This document shows positions 60,489 through 64,000 of a stretch of 64,000 nt of DNA, in pieces. Under the pieces are notes generated by a model. The model ran no database searches and was not told the origin of the DNA. It worked only from the letters and a program-made list of their open reading frames with translations. The position numbers and the translations under genes were made by a program. How positions within the stretch are numbered: the stretch's first letter is position 1; every line of letters starts with the position of its first letter. Location of the stretch: contig JBNJNM010000014.1 of the NCBI GenBank assembly GCA_052426225.1, positions 310,001 through 374,000 on the forward strand, in the 5' to 3' direction. The stretch is from Zancudomyces culisetae HAW-14-8. Taxonomy: Eukaryota; Fungi; Kickxellomycota.

Positions 60489-63400
60489 CTAAATCAACTC
60501 AAACAAACCATCTCTTATCGTTTCATCTAGACTGCCATCATAGCCAAAGATCAACTGTAGCAACGGTCTATTTTTATGTGTGATTGCAGCCATAATACAT
60601 TCACTCAACACACTATCCAAATTGCAACCATATTTCAGTAAGAGTTCTGCAATATCTTTTCTATTTTCTTGGAAAGCCTCCAATAGAATAAAGGACTCGT
60701 CAAGTATCACAGTATTCCCTCCGCCTGAATTGTTAGTTTTATCAAAAGCTATGGTTTTTATAGCCCTATCAAAAACGAATTTTGTAATATTCCTTGTCAG
60801 AATGGGATTTTCAAACACAAAAGACAAAATCAGTGATTTTTTTTGAGGATGCGTGTATATGGAACTAGTTCAGGTATCCACGCACCATTATTCATCAAAA
60901 TTTCAAAGCTATCAAACTTTTTGTTTTTGAGTGATTCTCTAAGCCCATTGTACGTTGTATTCTCAACTTTCGCGCCATGTTCTAGAAGTAATTCGATGAT
61001 CTCGACATTTCCGTGACTGGCTGCTTCAGGTATTCCGGCATGCTTTTCATTCCATGGTTTGGCACCATGTTTTATTAGCGATCTAACCATTTCAAGATTA
61101 TTATTTTGGCATGCTTCTTTTATCCCATTATGTTTGTATGTTCTAAGATTCAACTCTTTACTTAGAAGCCATTCGAGCATACACATATTGTTAACTTCAC
61201 AAATATTTCGAAGTATTATACTATACTTATCGTCGATATTATCATTGGAACTTAGTTTAAGTATTTCATCGATTATCTCTCTATTATCATTCTTTGCAAT
61301 AACCTTATAGTAGCTTTCAGTATGAACACATAATCTTGAGTCTACGCTCAAAATAAGCTTGGCGATATGTGTATCATTTGCAACACACGCTTCATAAAAC
61401 CCGTTCTTGCAACAACTTATCAGTCTAACGCGAAATTCTAACAGTGCATCAATGAGTTCCCTTTTTTTTGTGGTAAATATTTCGGAATAATCAGCGATAA
61501 CAGAAAGAAACCATAGTTTGACTTTTGAGTGTATAATTCTCAACATTTCAATATTCTGGTTGGAAACCACTTTTTTAATTGCCTCGTTATCAATACACGA
61601 GTGGTTTGCACCATTAGTAGACAAGAGTTTAAATAGTTCAGTGTTATTGTTGTTTACTGTATCCAATAACCCATTAAAATCAGGTTTGACCGATGAGGGC
61701 CATATATCCCTACGAATAAGAGTCTGTACTAACTCAGTATTTCCAGCGTTAGAAGCATACTGGAACCCACGGAATGTTTCATAATTTATATTCACACCCT
61801 TTTCAAGTAAAAAGTTGACAATTTCAAGACTGTTGTTTTTACAGGCAATTTCCAGACCGTTGAACAAATCTTGCTTAATATCGAAACCAAGGCAAAGTAG
61901 CGTGGAAATTAAGTTTATACTATTAAGTTCACAAGCCATTTCAGCTAATTTTGGTGAGATGTACAAAACGCCTATCCCATTATCAAGAAGTAAAGCTACC
62001 AGCTCACAGTTCTTGTGTTCAACTGCATGTATAAATCCACATTCGTTAGCATTAAAGGAATCACCCTTGCTAAGCAACAGCTTTGCAATTTCCAAATTAT
62101 TGTTTTTACATGCTATCTTGATACAGTCAGATATATCTTTGAAATGAATCCCAGTAAGAAAAATGTATTCCAAGTGCGCAATATCATTGAATTCACATGC
62201 TATTGCAGTCATCTTGTCACAATGTTCTTCAAAATTTCTACCATTTTTAATAAATGGCTGCAAATTACAGATTTTTTGGGTACATGTTGTAGTACCACAC
62301 TTGTACCGTCGTGTTTTGCTTCAAGCCCATGGTTTACGAGTATTTTTAGTACATTCTGCCTCAAAACATCTATTTCTTCTATTGTTTGTTGATAATACTC
62401 GTCGTTCACATTATTAGACTGATTTCCTTTATTGATAATTGCTAATATTCTAACTTTCTGATCCGTTTCTGCTTGAGCAATAGCAGGTGGATTGTTTATA
62501 ATCGAAACTAAAAGTTCTCTCAATATGACCAAATAGCTATAATGTTTTTTATATTCCTTATTGTAGAATAACAGTTTCAACTCAATATCAATTTTCTCAA
62601 GCATATCATTAATCTCGCCATTGGAAAGTAGGTCAACTATTGTCTTGTAACTTAGACGCTTTTTTTCAAAAGTAAAAAACTCGCAATGGTCACATAGGAA
62701 TGTTAGTATCTGTTTGAAATTGCTAATATCTGCCTTATCGTCCGGTGATATAGTTATTTGTTTTCCTGGAAACAATCGATTCAAGATCTGGTAGCCTTTG
62801 TCTCTCACAACTTCAGTTAAACAACAATTCTCATTTTCCTCCAATGTAGCACCCATTTCAAATAACCTTTCTACCGGTTTTAGCTCAAGGTTACTACATG
62901 CAATTTGTAGAGCATAGTTTTCTGGTTCAATAACGTTCACACCAGCATTCACTAGCTTTATCAACAGAGCTATATCATCTGAATAGTATACTCTTGATAA
63001 CAGGGTGCTTATTTTGTCTTTAGAATACTCCAACTTCAAATATACGTTAGTGAGAAGATCAATATCGTGAGTTATTGCAATCACCTCAAACACCAGTTCC
63101 TTATTGGTCTCAAATAACTTGTGGCTGATCAAAGCTCTTGTTAATCCTGGCCGATTTTCTATAATCGAAACGTAAATAGAAAAGAGATACACCTAGTTCA
63201 AACCCAAGTCAATGTTTTTTGTCAGTACATTAAACTTTTGGAGTTTCATTTTCATAAAATCGTTGGTACCAAGTTCGGTGGCTATGTATTCAAAATCAAA
63301 TTTATATTCAATGTCTATCATGTACAACATAATGTCAAGTCGGTTGAGTGAAATGGAATTGTAGATTTTGTGCACCAGATAATATCCCATAATGAGATTG

Positions 63401-63999
63401 TCAGACAACCTTAAACCTTCTAGTTGATTTTTGACCTCTTTATCTTTTTCCTCGATATGTGAGGTATCAATAGGTTAGTTATAGAGCTTTAGAATTTGCT
63501 TGATTTCATCTAATTCTTCGGCTTTTGAGTTATAAACATATTCAAAAAAGTAAACCATCTCGATGAAACCATCACTTTTGTTAAAACATCGTTTGAAAGT
63601 TTTCACATTGTCAGAAAAAATCCAAGTTATGAATTGTTCGTAATTCGATCGGAAATATGTATGGAAAGCAGGAACTACCAAGTAATCCTTTATCTCGATA
63701 ACTGTACTTTGAAAGTACTTGTCATCCACATCGTACTGGTTGATTTTTGGCACGACGTGGTATCCCTTAATCAGGGTTGTATTCCTAAATATAATATTTT
63801 TGATATTCTTATCGTATACTAAATAAAAAGAGGTAAGTTTTTCTAAAGTTTGATCCCATTTCTGTGATAGTGCCAATTCGAATAACTCTGAGTACAGAGT
63901 TCCGTCAAAATATGATAGTAGGCGTATAGATATTTGTTCGTGCTTCGCAATCGATGGGTGGTTTTTGAGAAAAGTTAAATAATTTTCAAAAGAATATAC
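60489..63999 (-). pseudogene. Ankyrin-family paralog (5' end lies outside the window) with two in-frame stops and two frameshifts
   Basis: One frame runs from 63999 through TAA 63475-63477 and TAG 63193-63195. Frameshifts occur near T6 62272-62277 and at T8 60837-60844. The N-terminal part ELALSQKW..IIFRNTTLIKG aligns with ELALMNGW..ILYKNTTFIEKG of 2044..5235. The C-terminal part is near-identical to 3..1224. Confidence 0.85.
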
Positions 64000-64000
64000 T

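Noticed and set aside
63193-63477. In-frame TAG and TAA as stop-codon reassignment or readthrough
   Set aside because: Intact genes in the window end with TAA, TAG and TGA, and the same locus also has frameshifts. Pseudogenisation is simpler.

Overview
This is AT-rich eukaryotic DNA with GT-AG introns. Gene content and style point to an early-diverging, non-flagellated fungus, most likely a Harpellales/Kickxellomycotina insect-gut fungus (inference, not verified). The core block holds housekeeping genes: RPS6, a CH-kinase-C1 Cdc15/SepH-like kinase, actin, VMP1, ALA1, KGD1, SAC1, an ABCG half transporter, NAA50, NUC1/EndoG, SLX1 and SEC72. The window starts and ends in two near-identical, inverted paralogs of an ankyrin family, and a third, intact member carries an N-terminal F-box. 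Both paralogs are frameshifted at the same poly-A tract in opposite directions (A10 and A8; A9 is in frame), and they differ mainly in short hypervariable patches. Other highlights: (1) a spliced gene with motifs of the centriole-assembly protein STIL/Ana2; (2) a purine-to-pyrimidine sawtooth skew running through the core genes regardless of orientation; (3) a ~6 kb island of decayed genes (Rad7-like, secreted PST-repeat protein) bracketed by ~1.3 kb direct repeats; (4) a USPL1-N-like zinc-ribbon gene; (5) a GC-AG intron. No tRNA, rRNA, CRISPR array or autonomous transposon was recognised. Exon coordinates were read by eye.
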